Below, one piece after another: positions 1-8,992 of a DNA stretch of 64,000 nucleotides; position 1 is the stretch's first letter; each line of letters begins with the position of its first letter. The translations under genes were made by a program, and so were the position numbers. The stretch lies in NCBI GenBank assembly GCA_965247095.1, contig OZ251997.1, positions 640,001 through 704,000 on the forward strand. The letters run 5' to 3'. The notes under the pieces were generated by a model. The model did not search any database and was not told the origin of the DNA. It worked only from the letters and a program-made list of their open reading frames with translations. The stretch is from Candidatus Multivorans sp. (GTDB taxonomy: Bacteria > Acidobacteriota > Thermoanaerobaculia > Multivoradales > Multivoraceae).

Positions 1-1035
1 ATCTTCACGCTTGATCGCGCGGAACGCGGTCGGCGCCGTGAACAGCACCGAGACACCGTGCTCGGCGATCACGCGCCAGAAGGCGCCGGCGTTCGGCGTT
101 CCGACCGGCTTGCCTTCGTAGAGCACCGTGGTGCAGCCGTGGATCAGCGGCGCGTAGACGATGTAGGAATGGCCCACCACCCAGCCGATGTCCGACGCGG
201 CCCAGTAGACCTCTCCGGGCTCAACGCCGTAGACGTTGCTCATGCTCCAGTCGAGCGCGACGAGGTGGCCGCCGTTGTCGCGGACGACGCCCTTGGGCAC
301 GCCCGTCGTCCCCGATGTGTACAGGATGTACAGGGGATCGGTGGCCTGCACCGGGACGCAGTCGGCTGGTTGGGCGGCGGCCGTCGCCTCCTGCCAGTCG
401 TGGTCGCCCGCGCCGAGTGCGGCGTTGTGCTGCGGCCGTTGAAGCAGCACGGTGGCGGCCGGCTTGTGGGCCGACATGGCGATTGCTTCGTCGAGCAGCG
501 GCTTGTACTCGATGATTCGCGCGATCTCGATACCGCACGAGGCCGTCAGTACGACCTGAGGCTTCGCGTCGTCGATCCGGGTGGCGAGTTCCTTCGCCGC
601 GAAGCCGCCGAACACCACGGAGTGGACGGCGCCGATCCGGGCGCAGGCCAGCATGGCGACCGCGGCCTCCGGGATCATCGGCATGTAGATCAGCACCCGG
701 TCGCCGGTCTGTACGCCGAGGTTTCTGAGGACGCCGGCGAGGCGCGCCGTCTGCTCCTGCAGATCCGCGTAGGTCAGCGTCGCCGCCGTACCGGTGACCG
801 GACTGTCGTAGATCAGCGCCGGCTGCTGTCCGCGGCCGGCCTCGACGTGGCGGTCGACCGCGTTGTAGCAGGTGTTCACCTGCGCGCCCGTGAACCAGCG
901 GTAGAACGGCGGGTTCGAGTCGTCCAGCACGCGATCCCAGCGCCTGACCCAGGAGATGGATTCCGCGGCCTCGGCCCAGAATCCCTCGGGGTCATCGCCG
1001 GCCCGGCGCAGCGTCTGTTCGTAGAGAGTGCTCAC
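1..1035 (-). CDS. prpE: Propionyl-CoA synthetase / acetate-CoA ligase family (5' part; runs off the window)
   Basis: Not in the ORF track; translated by hand from GTG at 1035: MSTLYEQTLRRAGDDPEGFWAEAAESISW...YILYTSGTTGVPKGVVRDNGGHLVAL (AMP-binding motif)...WAASDIGWVVGHSYIVYAPL...LFTAPTAFRAIKRED. Confidence 0.88.
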   Translation of the reverse strand, partial: MSTLYEQTLRRAGDDPEGFWAEAAESISWVRRWDRVLDDSNPPFYRWFTGAQVNTCYNAVDRHVEAGRGQQPALIYDSPVTGTAATLTYADLQEQTARLAGVLRNLGVQTGDRVLIYMPMIPEAAVAMLACARIGAVHSVVFGGFAAKELATRIDDAKPQVVLTASCGIEIARIIEYKPLLDEAIAMSAHKPAATVLLQRPQHNAALGAGDHDWQEATAAAQPADCVPVQATDPLYILYTSGTTGVPKGVVRDNGGHLVALDWSMSNVYGVEPGEVYWAASDIGWVVGHSYIVYAPLIHGCTTVLYEGKPVGTPNAGAFWRVIAEHGVSVLFTAPTAFRAIKRED

Positions 1036-1083
1036 GGCCGGCGATGATAGCCGCCGCATCCAGCTCCCCGAGGCGCCTGCGGG

Positions 1084-2250
1084 CTACTGCGCGGCGTCGC
1101 CGTCGGGTTGTCCGGGCTCCGTCTGCCGGCTCTGGACTTCGTCCCAGATGCCGACATCGAAGCGGCCCAGCGAGTTGGCCGCGCCCCGGAACATGGCGTT
1201 CGTGTTGAACTCCATCGCGATCGTGCCGTCCGGGCTGACCGCGATCAGACCGCCGTCGCCCGGCTGGAGCTTCTCCCGGATCACCTGCCGGACGGCCTCG
1301 TCCAGCGAGAGGCCGCCGTACTCGATCTGCGCCGAAACGTCGTAGGCCACGGTGTGGCGAATGAACTCCTCGCCGCGGCCGGTGCAGGAGATGGCCGCGG
1401 TGGCGTTGTTGGCGTAGGTACCGGCGCCGATCACCGGTACGTCGCCGATGCGGCCGATCCGCTTCAGCATCGTGCCCCCGGTCGAGGTGGCGGCAGCCAG
1501 ATTGCCGTAGCGGTCCATGGCCACGGCGCCGACGGTGCCCAGGTGAGAGGCGCCGCCGAGGCTGCTCGGAGCGCCGGCGTTACCGGTGTAGTCGCCGACG
1601 GCGCTCGCGACGGCGTCTCCGCTGCCCTGTGCGGCGGCCCTTCGCTGGGCCCGGAGTTCGCGGTATCTCTGAAGCTGCAGCTCGGTGGTGAAGTAGGCCT
1701 GCGGTTGCCGGCGTACGCCGGCGATGACGCCGAAGTCGTCCGCCCCGGGGCCGCCGATCAGGACATGCGGCGTGTCCTCCATCACCCGGCGCGCCAGTGT
1801 GACCGGGTTGCGGATGTTCTTCACCCCGGCCACCGCGCCGCAGGCCAAGGTGCGTCCGTCCATGATCGCGGCATCCATCTCGTGGGTTCCGATGAACGTG
1901 AACACGGAACCGCGGCCGGCATTGAAGCGCGGGTCGTCTTCAAGCGCCGCGACCACGTTCTCGACCACCTGAACGCTCGCTTCGCCGCCGGCCAACTGCT
2001 CGGCGCCCAGGGAAAGGGCAGCCCGCAGGGCCTGGTAGTAGTCCTCCGCGTCGGTCGTGGCGCGATTCGCGCTGCCGGCGCCGCCGTGGATGGCCAGAGC
2101 CCAGTCCGGTGTCGGCACCTGTTCGGCCTCCTCGCCGTTTGTCTGATTCAAGTCCTGTTCCTGGTTCGTCTGTTTGGCTGTGCGGTCGGACGAAGTGCAT
2201 CCTCCGCTGGCGAGCGCCAGAACCGCGAGGGCGGCTGCCCAGAGAGTCAT
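1084..2250 (-). CDS. iaaA: Isoaspartyl peptidase / L-asparaginase (Ntn hydrolase), probable lipoprotein
   Basis: ALAIHGGAG, FNAGRGS, EMDAAIMDG, GTVGAVA (autocleavage Thr), ATSTGG, RIGDVPVIGAGTYA. Lipobox-like LASGGC follows the ATG at 2250; the track start at 2331 is probably too long. Confidence 0.9.
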   Translation of the reverse strand: MTLWAAALAVLALASGGCTSSDRTAKQTNQEQDLNQTNGEEAEQVPTPDWALAIHGGAGSANRATTDAEDYYQALRAALSLGAEQLAGGEASVQVVENVVAALEDDPRFNAGRGSVFTFIGTHEMDAAIMDGRTLACGAVAGVKNIRNPVTLARRVMEDTPHVLIGGPGADDFGVIAGVRRQPQAYFTTELQLQRYRELRAQRRAAAQGSGDAVASAVGDYTGNAGAPSSLGGASHLGTVGAVAMDRYGNLAAATSTGGTMLKRIGRIGDVPVIGAGTYANNATAAISCTGRGEEFIRHTVAYDVSAQIEYGGLSLDEAVRQVIREKLQPGDGGLIAVSPDGTIAMEFNTNAMFRGAANSLGRFDVGIWDEVQSRQTEPGQPDGDAAQ

Positions 2251-2564
2251 TGTCGGTCGTCGAAGCACGCTCGGAGCGTTCGAACCCCCCGCGAGTCGTT
2301 GGCGGCTGCTTGTGAGAACCGGCTGAGCCATCCCGTTTTGCCCACTCCGCCCGGATACCCGCAGTCGGACCTCTCCAGCCGACCGCGGCGTCGCGCCTGA
2401 CGGCGGAGCGCGGTTGAACGGATCCAGGGGCTCGTTGGGAAGGCTTCAGAAGCGTAGCACGCCGAAGACCGACGGCGCGGGGCTCCAAAGTGGGATACGA
2501 CCGCTTCGCCCGAGAAATCGACTCTTCCGTCCGCCGGACGCCGGTGCGACATAATCCGGCCTCC

Positions 2565-2909
2565 GTGAGAGACGACGAGCGCCTATCGGACTACAGCGAC
2601 GAGCGGGATCCGGACGTTTTCTGGGCGGCCGTCCGGCCGGCGGACGAACCCCTGCGTCATCGTTGGTTCCTGCCCGCGGTCGTGGCGATCCTCATCGTCA
2701 GCGTGCCCTGGTACCTGCCGTCGTCGGTCGGCGATCGGCTCGCGCTCGGCCTGCCGGTCTGGACCTGGATCACGATCGTCTGTGGCTTGTTCCTGGCCAT
2801 GGTGACCGCCTTCGCGTCGTTGCGGCTGTGGCGCGACGGCGGGGACGTTGCCGACGGTAGCGAAGGGGAAGACCGGGAGCCCGGCGCCGGCGGGAAGGAC
2901 GGGGCGTGA
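2565..2909 (+). CDS. Small 2-TM membrane protein (DUF997/DUF3311-like symporter accessory)
   Basis: Two hydrophobic segments with SVPWY...LGLPVW; overlaps the start of the SSS transporter (GTGA); start codon uncertain. Confidence 0.65.
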   Translation: MRDDERLSDYSDERDPDVFWAAVRPADEPLRHRWFLPAVVAILIVSVPWYLPSSVGDRLALGLPVWTWITIVCGLFLAMVTAFASLRLWRDGGDVADGSEGEDREPGAGGKDGA

Positions 2910-4408
2910 ACTCCTCCGTTCCCGAGGTGACGTTCGGTCCCGGCGCACTGGCGGTGCTCGGCGGGTACCTGGTCGTCATGCTCTGCATCGGTTTCCTCGG
3001 CCGCCTGCACCAGAAGGAGCGCTCGCTGCGCGACTTCTACCTGGGGGGGGCGAGCTTCGGCTTCGCGGTCCTGTTCCTGACCCTGTTCGCGACCCAGTAC
3101 AGCGGCAACACACTGCTCGGCTTCGCCGGCCGCTCCTACCAGCAGGGAACGACCTACATCGTCAGCGTCACGTTCATGATCCTGGTGATCACGGTGTTCA
3201 TGATCTACGCGCCGCGCCTGTTCCATCTGGCGCGAAGGTTCGGCTACATCACGCCCGCGGACTTCGTGTACCACCGCTTCGGGTCGCATCCGCTGCGCAT
3301 CCTGTGCGTGGCCCTCCTGTGCTGGGGACTGGCGAACTACGTACTCGAACAACTGGTCGCGATGGGGCACGGGGTCGAGGCGCTCAGCGGTGGCCGCATG
3401 AGTTTCATGCAGGGGGTACTGCTCCTGGTCGGCGTGATGCTGATCTACGAATCGCTTGGGGGCATGAGGGCGGTGGCCTGGACGGATGCCGTGCAGGGCT
3501 CTCTGCTGTTGTGCGGGTGCGCGGTGATTCTCTACACCCTGGTCACCGTGGACGGTGGTTTGCCGGCCGCGGCCGAAGGGATCCGCGCCACGACCCCGGC
3601 CAAGCTTGAGAGCCCGGACGCGGAGGGCCTCCGAACCTGGGTCAGTACGCTGCTGATGCTCGGTCTCGGCGTGGCCCTGTATCCGCACGCGATCCAGCGC
3701 ATCTTCGCGGCCCGTGACGAGACCAGCCTGCGAAGGTCGCTGGGGGCGATGGCCTTCATGCCTCTGGGCACGACCCTGCTCGCCTTCCTGATCGGGTTCA
3801 TTGCTCTCAGCCGCTTCCCCGGCTTGAGCGAACTGGAGAGCGACAAGGTCACGATCTACGTTCTCGGTGGCCTCATCGACCGCTCGCCGGTCATGTACTG
3901 GCTGATCGTGATGGTGTTCGCGGCGGTGGTCGCGGCGATCATGTCGACCGCCGACTCGGCGCTGCTCTCGATGGGCTCGATGTTCACCAAGGACATCTAC
4001 AAGAACTACCTGCACCGCGAGGCCAGTTCGCGCGAGATGCTGATGGTGGGCAAGACGTTCTCGTGGGGCGTCATGGCCATCCTGATCGCGATGGCCTGGG
4101 TGTCGCTGGAGACGGAGAGCTCGATCTGGCTGCTGATCAAGCTGAAACTCGAGTTCATGGTCCAGCTCTCGCCGCTCTTCATGCTCGGTATCTACTGGCG
4201 GCGGATGTCGTCCTCGGCCGCCCTCGCCGGCATGCTCCTGGGCACAGTGCTCACCCTGGTCATCTGGTGCGGCGTGATGGTCGACCTGTGGCCGACCCGA
4301 AGTCCCTGGGGCGTCGCGGCCGGCGTCTGGGGCCTGCTCCTGAACTACGGCGTCTGCGTCGGCTGGACGCTGCTCCGGCCCGTCCAAGCGCCGGCGGCCA
4401 AAGCGTGA
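2906..4408 (+). CDS. Sodium:solute symporter family protein (PanF/PutP-like)
   Basis: About 13 TM segments; LTLFATQYSGNTLLG, GGMRAVAWTDAVQG, AAIMSTADSALL. Confidence 0.9.
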   Translation: MNSSVPEVTFGPGALAVLGGYLVVMLCIGFLGRLHQKERSLRDFYLGGASFGFAVLFLTLFATQYSGNTLLGFAGRSYQQGTTYIVSVTFMILVITVFMIYAPRLFHLARRFGYITPADFVYHRFGSHPLRILCVALLCWGLANYVLEQLVAMGHGVEALSGGRMSFMQGVLLLVGVMLIYESLGGMRAVAWTDAVQGSLLLCGCAVILYTLVTVDGGLPAAAEGIRATTPAKLESPDAEGLRTWVSTLLMLGLGVALYPHAIQRIFAARDETSLRRSLGAMAFMPLGTTLLAFLIGFIALSRFPGLSELESDKVTIYVLGGLIDRSPVMYWLIVMVFAAVVAAIMSTADSALLSMGSMFTKDIYKNYLHREASSREMLMVGKTFSWGVMAILIAMAWVSLETESSIWLLIKLKLEFMVQLSPLFMLGIYWRRMSSSAALAGMLLGTVLTLVIWCGVMVDLWPTRSPWGVAAGVWGLLLNYGVCVGWTLLRPVQAPAAKA

Positions 4409-5421
4409 GCGCAGAGACCGCCAGACGCCGGGTCTTCTCCGGCATCCAGCCGTCCGGCGTGCTGCATCTGGGGAACTACCTGGGGGCGGTGAAGCATTGG
4501 GCCGCCCGCCAGGACGTTTCCGAGAACTTCATCTGCGTCGTCGATCTGCATGCGATCACGGTGCGCCAGGACCCGGAAACCCTGCGCGCCGGCACCCGCG
4601 AGTTGACGGCGATGCTCTTCGCCTGCGGCATCGATCCGGAGCGCACGACCCTGTTCGTTCAGAGTCATGTTCGCGCGCACGCCGAGGCGGCGTGGATCCT
4701 GGGTTGTGCTGTGCCGATCGGCTGGCTCGAACGGATGACGCAGTACAAGTCGAAGTCGGAGCGCCAGGGCGGTAGGGAGCGCATCGGCGTCGGGCTGTTC
4801 ACCTATCCGATACTCCAGGCCGCCGACATCCTGCTGTACGACGCGGACGAGGTGCCGGTCGGAGAGGATCAGAAGCAGCACGTGGAACTGGCCCGCGACA
4901 TCGCCGGCCGTTTCAACCATCTCTACGGCGACACGTTCGTTTTGCCCGAGGCGGTGATTCCGGCCGCCGGAGCTCGGGTGATGGCGCTGGACGATCCGAC
5001 GGTGAAGATGTCCAAGAGCGAAACGGCGGGACGCGGCCACTCGGTACGACTGACGGACTCGGACGCCGAAATACGCCGGTCGCTCAAGCGTGCGGTCACC
5101 GACTCCGGGCGCGACATCGAGTTCAGCGACGACCCGGAGCGGGCCGGGGTGAACAACCTGCTCGTGATCTACCAGGCGATCACCGACCGCAGCCGCGAGG
5201 AGGTCCTCGCCGACTTCGTCGACGCCCGTGGCTACGGCGATCTGAAGGCGGCCGTCGCCGAAGCCGTGGTTGAGGTGGTGGCGCCGATCCGGCAGCGCTA
5301 CGAGGAGCTGATGTCCGCTCCGGAAGAGCTGGATCGGCTGCTGGCCGTAGGAGCGGAGCGGGCGCGGGCGGTCGCCGAGCCGAAGGCGGCGGCGATCCGG
5401 CGGCTGGTCGGCTTCGCCTAG
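4405..5421 (+). CDS. trpS: Tryptophan--tRNA ligase
   Basis: FSGIQPSGVLHLGNYLGA (HIGH), YPILQAADILLY, VPVGEDQKQH, KMSKS; GTG at 4405 overlaps the upstream stop. Confidence 0.97.
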   Translation: MSAETARRRVFSGIQPSGVLHLGNYLGAVKHWAARQDVSENFICVVDLHAITVRQDPETLRAGTRELTAMLFACGIDPERTTLFVQSHVRAHAEAAWILGCAVPIGWLERMTQYKSKSERQGGRERIGVGLFTYPILQAADILLYDADEVPVGEDQKQHVELARDIAGRFNHLYGDTFVLPEAVIPAAGARVMALDDPTVKMSKSETAGRGHSVRLTDSDAEIRRSLKRAVTDSGRDIEFSDDPERAGVNNLLVIYQAITDRSREEVLADFVDARGYGDLKAAVAEAVVEVVAPIRQRYEELMSAPEELDRLLAVGAERARAVAEPKAAAIRRLVGFA

Positions 5422-5424
5422 GAG

Positions 5425-5478
5425 TCGAGTCGCGGCGTCCGCGCCGCGCTGACGCACAGGAAACAGGGCTTGTTCCAT
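5425..5478. repeat. Dispersed ~54-bp hairpin repeat, family A, copy 1
   Basis: tcgagtcgcggcgtccgcgccgcgctgacgcacaggaaacagggcttgttccat; near-identical to 38719-38771; 7-bp stem cgcggcg-tccg-cgccgcg. Confidence 0.85.
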
Positions 5479-6527
5479 GCAAGTGGGCGCGGATCAGCTT
5501 CTCGATCCGCTCGGTACCGCGTTCCAGGGTCTCCATCGCGGGGCCGAAGCTGAGCCGGCTGTAGCTGTGATAGCGGGCGTTGCGGCGCCGCTGGCCGGGA
5601 TTCACGTCGAAGAACACGCCGGGCACGGTGATCACCTGGACCTGGAGCAGCGCCTTGAAGAACTCGATGCCGTCGTTCAAGGGAGGCGGGAGGTTATCGA
5701 GGTTGCCCCAGACGTAGAAGGCGCCCTGCGGTTCGTGTTCGACCGCTATTCCCAGACCGCGTAGGCGGTCGATGAGAAAGCGGCGCTTGCGCGTGAACTC
5801 GGTCTGGATGGCCCACGTTTCCTGGAGGACGAGTTCCGGCTCCAGCAGGGGCACGGCGGCCTCCTGGAACGGGTGGTTGCCGCCTCCGTCGAGGAAGGAG
5901 CCGGCGCTGGTCACGCGGTCGATCACGGTCCGTGGACCGACGATCCACGACACGCGCCAGCCGGGGTAGCGCCAGTTCTTGGTCAGACCGTCGACCAGGA
6001 TGATCGGGTCGCTGTTCACGTCCTCGACGTGGGCCGCCGCGGAGACCATCCTGGCGGTGTCGGCGATCTCGCTGCAGTCGTCGGGCGCCGGCGTGTAGAC
6101 GTAGTGGCTGTAGAACTCGTCCAGGATGAGCGTGCAGGCGTTGTCGCGGGCGACCTCCGCCCACTCCGCCAGGGCCTCGCCCTCGACCAGTTGACCCGTC
6201 GGGTTGCACGGGTTGCTGCACCAGAGCGCGGACAGGCCGCGGCCGACGATCTCCTTCTGGAGCAGCCGCCGCGAGGCGGTGTAGCCATGGGCGGCGTCGA
6301 GCAGGATGGGAATCGGGATGAAGCCCTTGAACGCGGCCAGCAGTTCTTCGTAGGCGGTGTAGTCGGGGATGAAGTGCCCCAGGTTCATGTCGCCCATCGC
6401 GGCCGTGGCCGGCGGCGGCGGCCCGGTGCATCACGTAGATGACACCGGTCCGCGGCACGCGGCGGAAGCCGGGCGTCTCGGGTCCGGGGTCGACCCCGGC
6501 GGCGGCGGGCAGAAGTTCCTCTATCAT
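5479..6527 (-). pseudogene. PLP-dependent class I/II aminotransferase, disrupted
   Basis: N-terminus (FRRVPRTGVIYVMHRA) is in a different frame from the body (MNLGHFIPDYTAYEELL...SNPCNPTG...DEFYSHY...GLTKNWRYPGWR). Junction near 6398-6410. No stop at the natural end: the frame runs through repeat A and ~240 bp antisense into trpS. Confidence 0.7.
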
Positions 6528-6590
6528 CCGGGCTGCTGTGGAGCCTATTCGAGTCTCGTCGGTGGCGGGAGCGGCCTTGGGGAGCGGTTC

Positions 6591-7637
6591 GTGACCCTCG
6601 ATCCGGTCCTGAGTCATATGCTGTCGGCGGACCCGGAACCGCTCGCCGCCGGCGACGATGCCGCCGGCTGGTACCGGGCTTTCAGCGATGGGGTGCTTGC
6701 CTCCTGGCAAGGCAAGGAGCGGGAGGGCGAGGCCGACGCCGGCAGGGTGCACTTCGCTCACGGTCTGCTCGGCGGCTTTGTGGCCGATCGGCCAGCCTGG
6801 GCCATGGTGTCGGGACACCAGGGAGCAATCCGCCGCCTGGCCTGGGAGTGCGGCGGACTGCATCTGATGCCGGAGGGCGGCATCGTCGCCTTCTGCGCCA
6901 GCGAGGAGGGCGGAGCGCATCCGCGGGCGGTCCAATCGTCCCTCGTTGCGATGCCGGGTGGCGACTTCCGCCTCAACGGCCAGAAGCGGTGGGCGACCCT
7001 GGCGCCGTCCGCGACCGCGCTTCTGCTCATCGCCTCGGCGGGCCGCGAGGGCGACCGCAACCGTCTGCGCGCGCTGTGCGTGCCGAGCGACCGGCGGGGC
7101 ATCGGGATCGCTCCGATGACAGTGAACTCTCCCACCGGAGGGGGCGGGCGGGCGAGCGCGAACCCCGAAGTGCATCATGCCGTGATCGAGTTGAACGAAG
7201 TGCCGGTGGCGGCGGGGGAGCTGCTCGGAGGCGACGGCTACACCGATGCCATCAAGCCCTTCCGGACCATCGAGGATCTCTACATCGGCGCCGCGATGAC
7301 GGCCTACAACCTGGCGCTGGCCCGCCGGTCGGGCTGGCCCGCGTCGGCGGTGGAGGACCTGCTGTTGCTGCTGGCCTGCGCAGAAGCTCTGGCCTTCGGT
7401 CCGTTGGACGAGCCGGCCGCCCACCTGGGCGTCGCGGCGCTTGGCCGCGCCACTGCGCGTGTGCGTGAGGCGCACACCGCCCACTGGGACCTCGTGGACG
7501 ACGGGGCGGCGGCGGCATGGCGGCGCGCCACGTCGGGCGCCGGCGTGGCGGCCCGGGCCAAGGAACTTCGCCGGCAGGCGGCATGGCGGCAGTTCGGGCG
7601 GGAAGACGCCTGGGCGGGACGCTCGAAACGTGCTTGA
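6591..7637 (+). CDS. Acyl-CoA dehydrogenase-like protein
   Basis: FCASEEGGAHP, LNGQKRWATLA, LGGDGYTDAIKPFRTIED; GTG 6591 chosen as start. Confidence 0.75.
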   Translation: MTLDPVLSHMLSADPEPLAAGDDAAGWYRAFSDGVLASWQGKEREGEADAGRVHFAHGLLGGFVADRPAWAMVSGHQGAIRRLAWECGGLHLMPEGGIVAFCASEEGGAHPRAVQSSLVAMPGGDFRLNGQKRWATLAPSATALLLIASAGREGDRNRLRALCVPSDRRGIGIAPMTVNSPTGGGGRASANPEVHHAVIELNEVPVAAGELLGGDGYTDAIKPFRTIEDLYIGAAMTAYNLALARRSGWPASAVEDLLLLLACAEALAFGPLDEPAAHLGVAALGRATARVREAHTAHWDLVDDGAAAAWRRATSGAGVAARAKELRRQAAWRQFGREDAWAGRSKRA

Positions 7638-8091
7638 CCGCATCCGCAGCTTCTTCGGCGAACGGATCGACCCGGAGCGGGCCGGGGACCCGGAGGCCCG
7701 CTTGCGGTTGGCGGCGGCGGCGCTGATGGTGGAGGTGATGCGGGCCGACTTCGACGCTGCCGCAGCGGAGAAGGCGGAAGTGCTCGCCGCGGTCCGGCGC
7801 CAACTGGGTCTCAGTGAAGGGGAGACGGCGGAACTCGTGGCGCTTGCCGAGGAGGAGACCGAAGGTGCGGTCTGCCTCTACGAGTTCACCCGCCTCATCC
7901 ACGAGTCTTTCGACGCGGAGCGCAAGGGCCGGTTGCTCGAGGAGCTGTGGCGCGTGGCCTTTGCCGATCGGGTGCTGGAGGCTCAGGAGGAGTTCCTGAT
8001 CCGCAAGATCGCCCGCCTCCTTCACGTCCCGCACGCGGACTTCATCGCCGCCAGACAGCGGGCGCAGAGCCACGCTCAGGAAGTGTCTTAG
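7630..8091 (+). CDS. TerB-family (tellurite-resistance-like) protein
   Basis: LAAAALMVEVMRAD...LYEFTRLI...LLEELWRVAFAD...EEFLIRKIARLLHV. Confidence 0.85.
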   Translation: MLDRIRSFFGERIDPERAGDPEARLRLAAAALMVEVMRADFDAAAAEKAEVLAAVRRQLGLSEGETAELVALAEEETEGAVCLYEFTRLIHESFDAERKGRLLEELWRVAFADRVLEAQEEFLIRKIARLLHVPHADFIAARQRAQSHAQEVS

Positions 8092-8922
8092 ATGACCGAA
8101 GCCCCTTCTTCGCTCCGATCCAGCAGATCGGCGTGCTCGCCGAGCACTCTGGAGCAGCCGCCGGCGGATCTCCACCCGATCGAGGCGAGTGCGCTGCACG
8201 CGCGCCGCGAACGGGTGTTCCTCATCCTCGCGGGCCTGTTCCTGGGCTCGATGACGATGCTCAACATCCTGGGCGTGACGCGTTTCCTGGACCTGAGCTT
8301 CACCGTCTTCGGCTTGCGCATTCCGATGCCCCTGGCGGTCGGCGTGCTGCCCTATCCCCTGACCTTCCTCTGTACCGACTTCATTTCCGAAATCTACGGG
8401 CGGAAGCGGGCCAACTCCCTGGTCTGGGTCGGCTTTCTCGTCAACATCTGGCTCGCCGTCGTGCTGTGGCTGGGCGGCGCTCTGCCGGGTTTCGATTCGC
8501 CGGTTCCGGGCCCCGATGGACGGCTGCCGATCTTCTTCGAGATCCGGACGATGACTCTGGGGCTGATCGCGGCGTCGATGATCGCCTACCTGAGCGCCCA
8601 GTTGTGCGACGTCTATGTGTTCCACTTCTGGAAACGGCTCACGAAGGGCCGTCATCTGTGGCTTCGCAACAACGGCTCGACGCTTGTCAGCCAGTTCGTC
8701 GACTCGTTCGCCGTCATCGTGATCACCCACTTCGCGGCGGCCGCCATCCCGGTCGAGAGCGGCGAGCCGATCTGGCCGCAGTTGTGGGTGTTCATCGGCA
8801 CGGCGTACGTGTTCAAGTTCGTGGCGGCGGCCGTGGATACGCTGCCGTTCTATCTCGGCACCCGCTGGTTGCGGCGCTACCTCGAGATTGAGGACGGCCA
8901 GGAGGCCGCGCCACTGGAGTAG
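8092..8922 (+). CDS. yhhQ: Queuosine precursor transporter (VUT family)
   Basis: YPLTFLCTDFISEIYG, ASMIAYLSAQLCDV, HLWLRNNGSTLVSQFVDS. Confidence 0.9.
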   Translation: MTEAPSSLRSSRSACSPSTLEQPPADLHPIEASALHARRERVFLILAGLFLGSMTMLNILGVTRFLDLSFTVFGLRIPMPLAVGVLPYPLTFLCTDFISEIYGRKRANSLVWVGFLVNIWLAVVLWLGGALPGFDSPVPGPDGRLPIFFEIRTMTLGLIAASMIAYLSAQLCDVYVFHFWKRLTKGRHLWLRNNGSTLVSQFVDSFAVIVITHFAAAAIPVESGEPIWPQLWVFIGTAYVFKFVAAAVDTLPFYLGTRWLRRYLEIEDGQEAAPLE

Positions 8923-8992
8923 GATCCGGCGCCCTTTGGCGGCAGCTTGCCGACCGGGTCGCACCGGCGGCCCTCAACCGATGAGAGACGCA

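Noticed and set aside
2383-2403. Partial resemblance to repeat A (ccgcggcgtcgcgcctgacg)
   Set aside because: Short, gapped and GC-only match; likely chance
6395-6425. Programmed ribosomal frameshift in the aminotransferase
   Set aside because: No slippery heptamer, and a large conserved segment appears to be missing, so frameshifting would not restore the protein
8040-8095. preQ1 riboswitch upstream of yhhQ
   Set aside because: The gene directly abuts the terB-like gene, and no A-rich preQ1 aptamer pattern is visible
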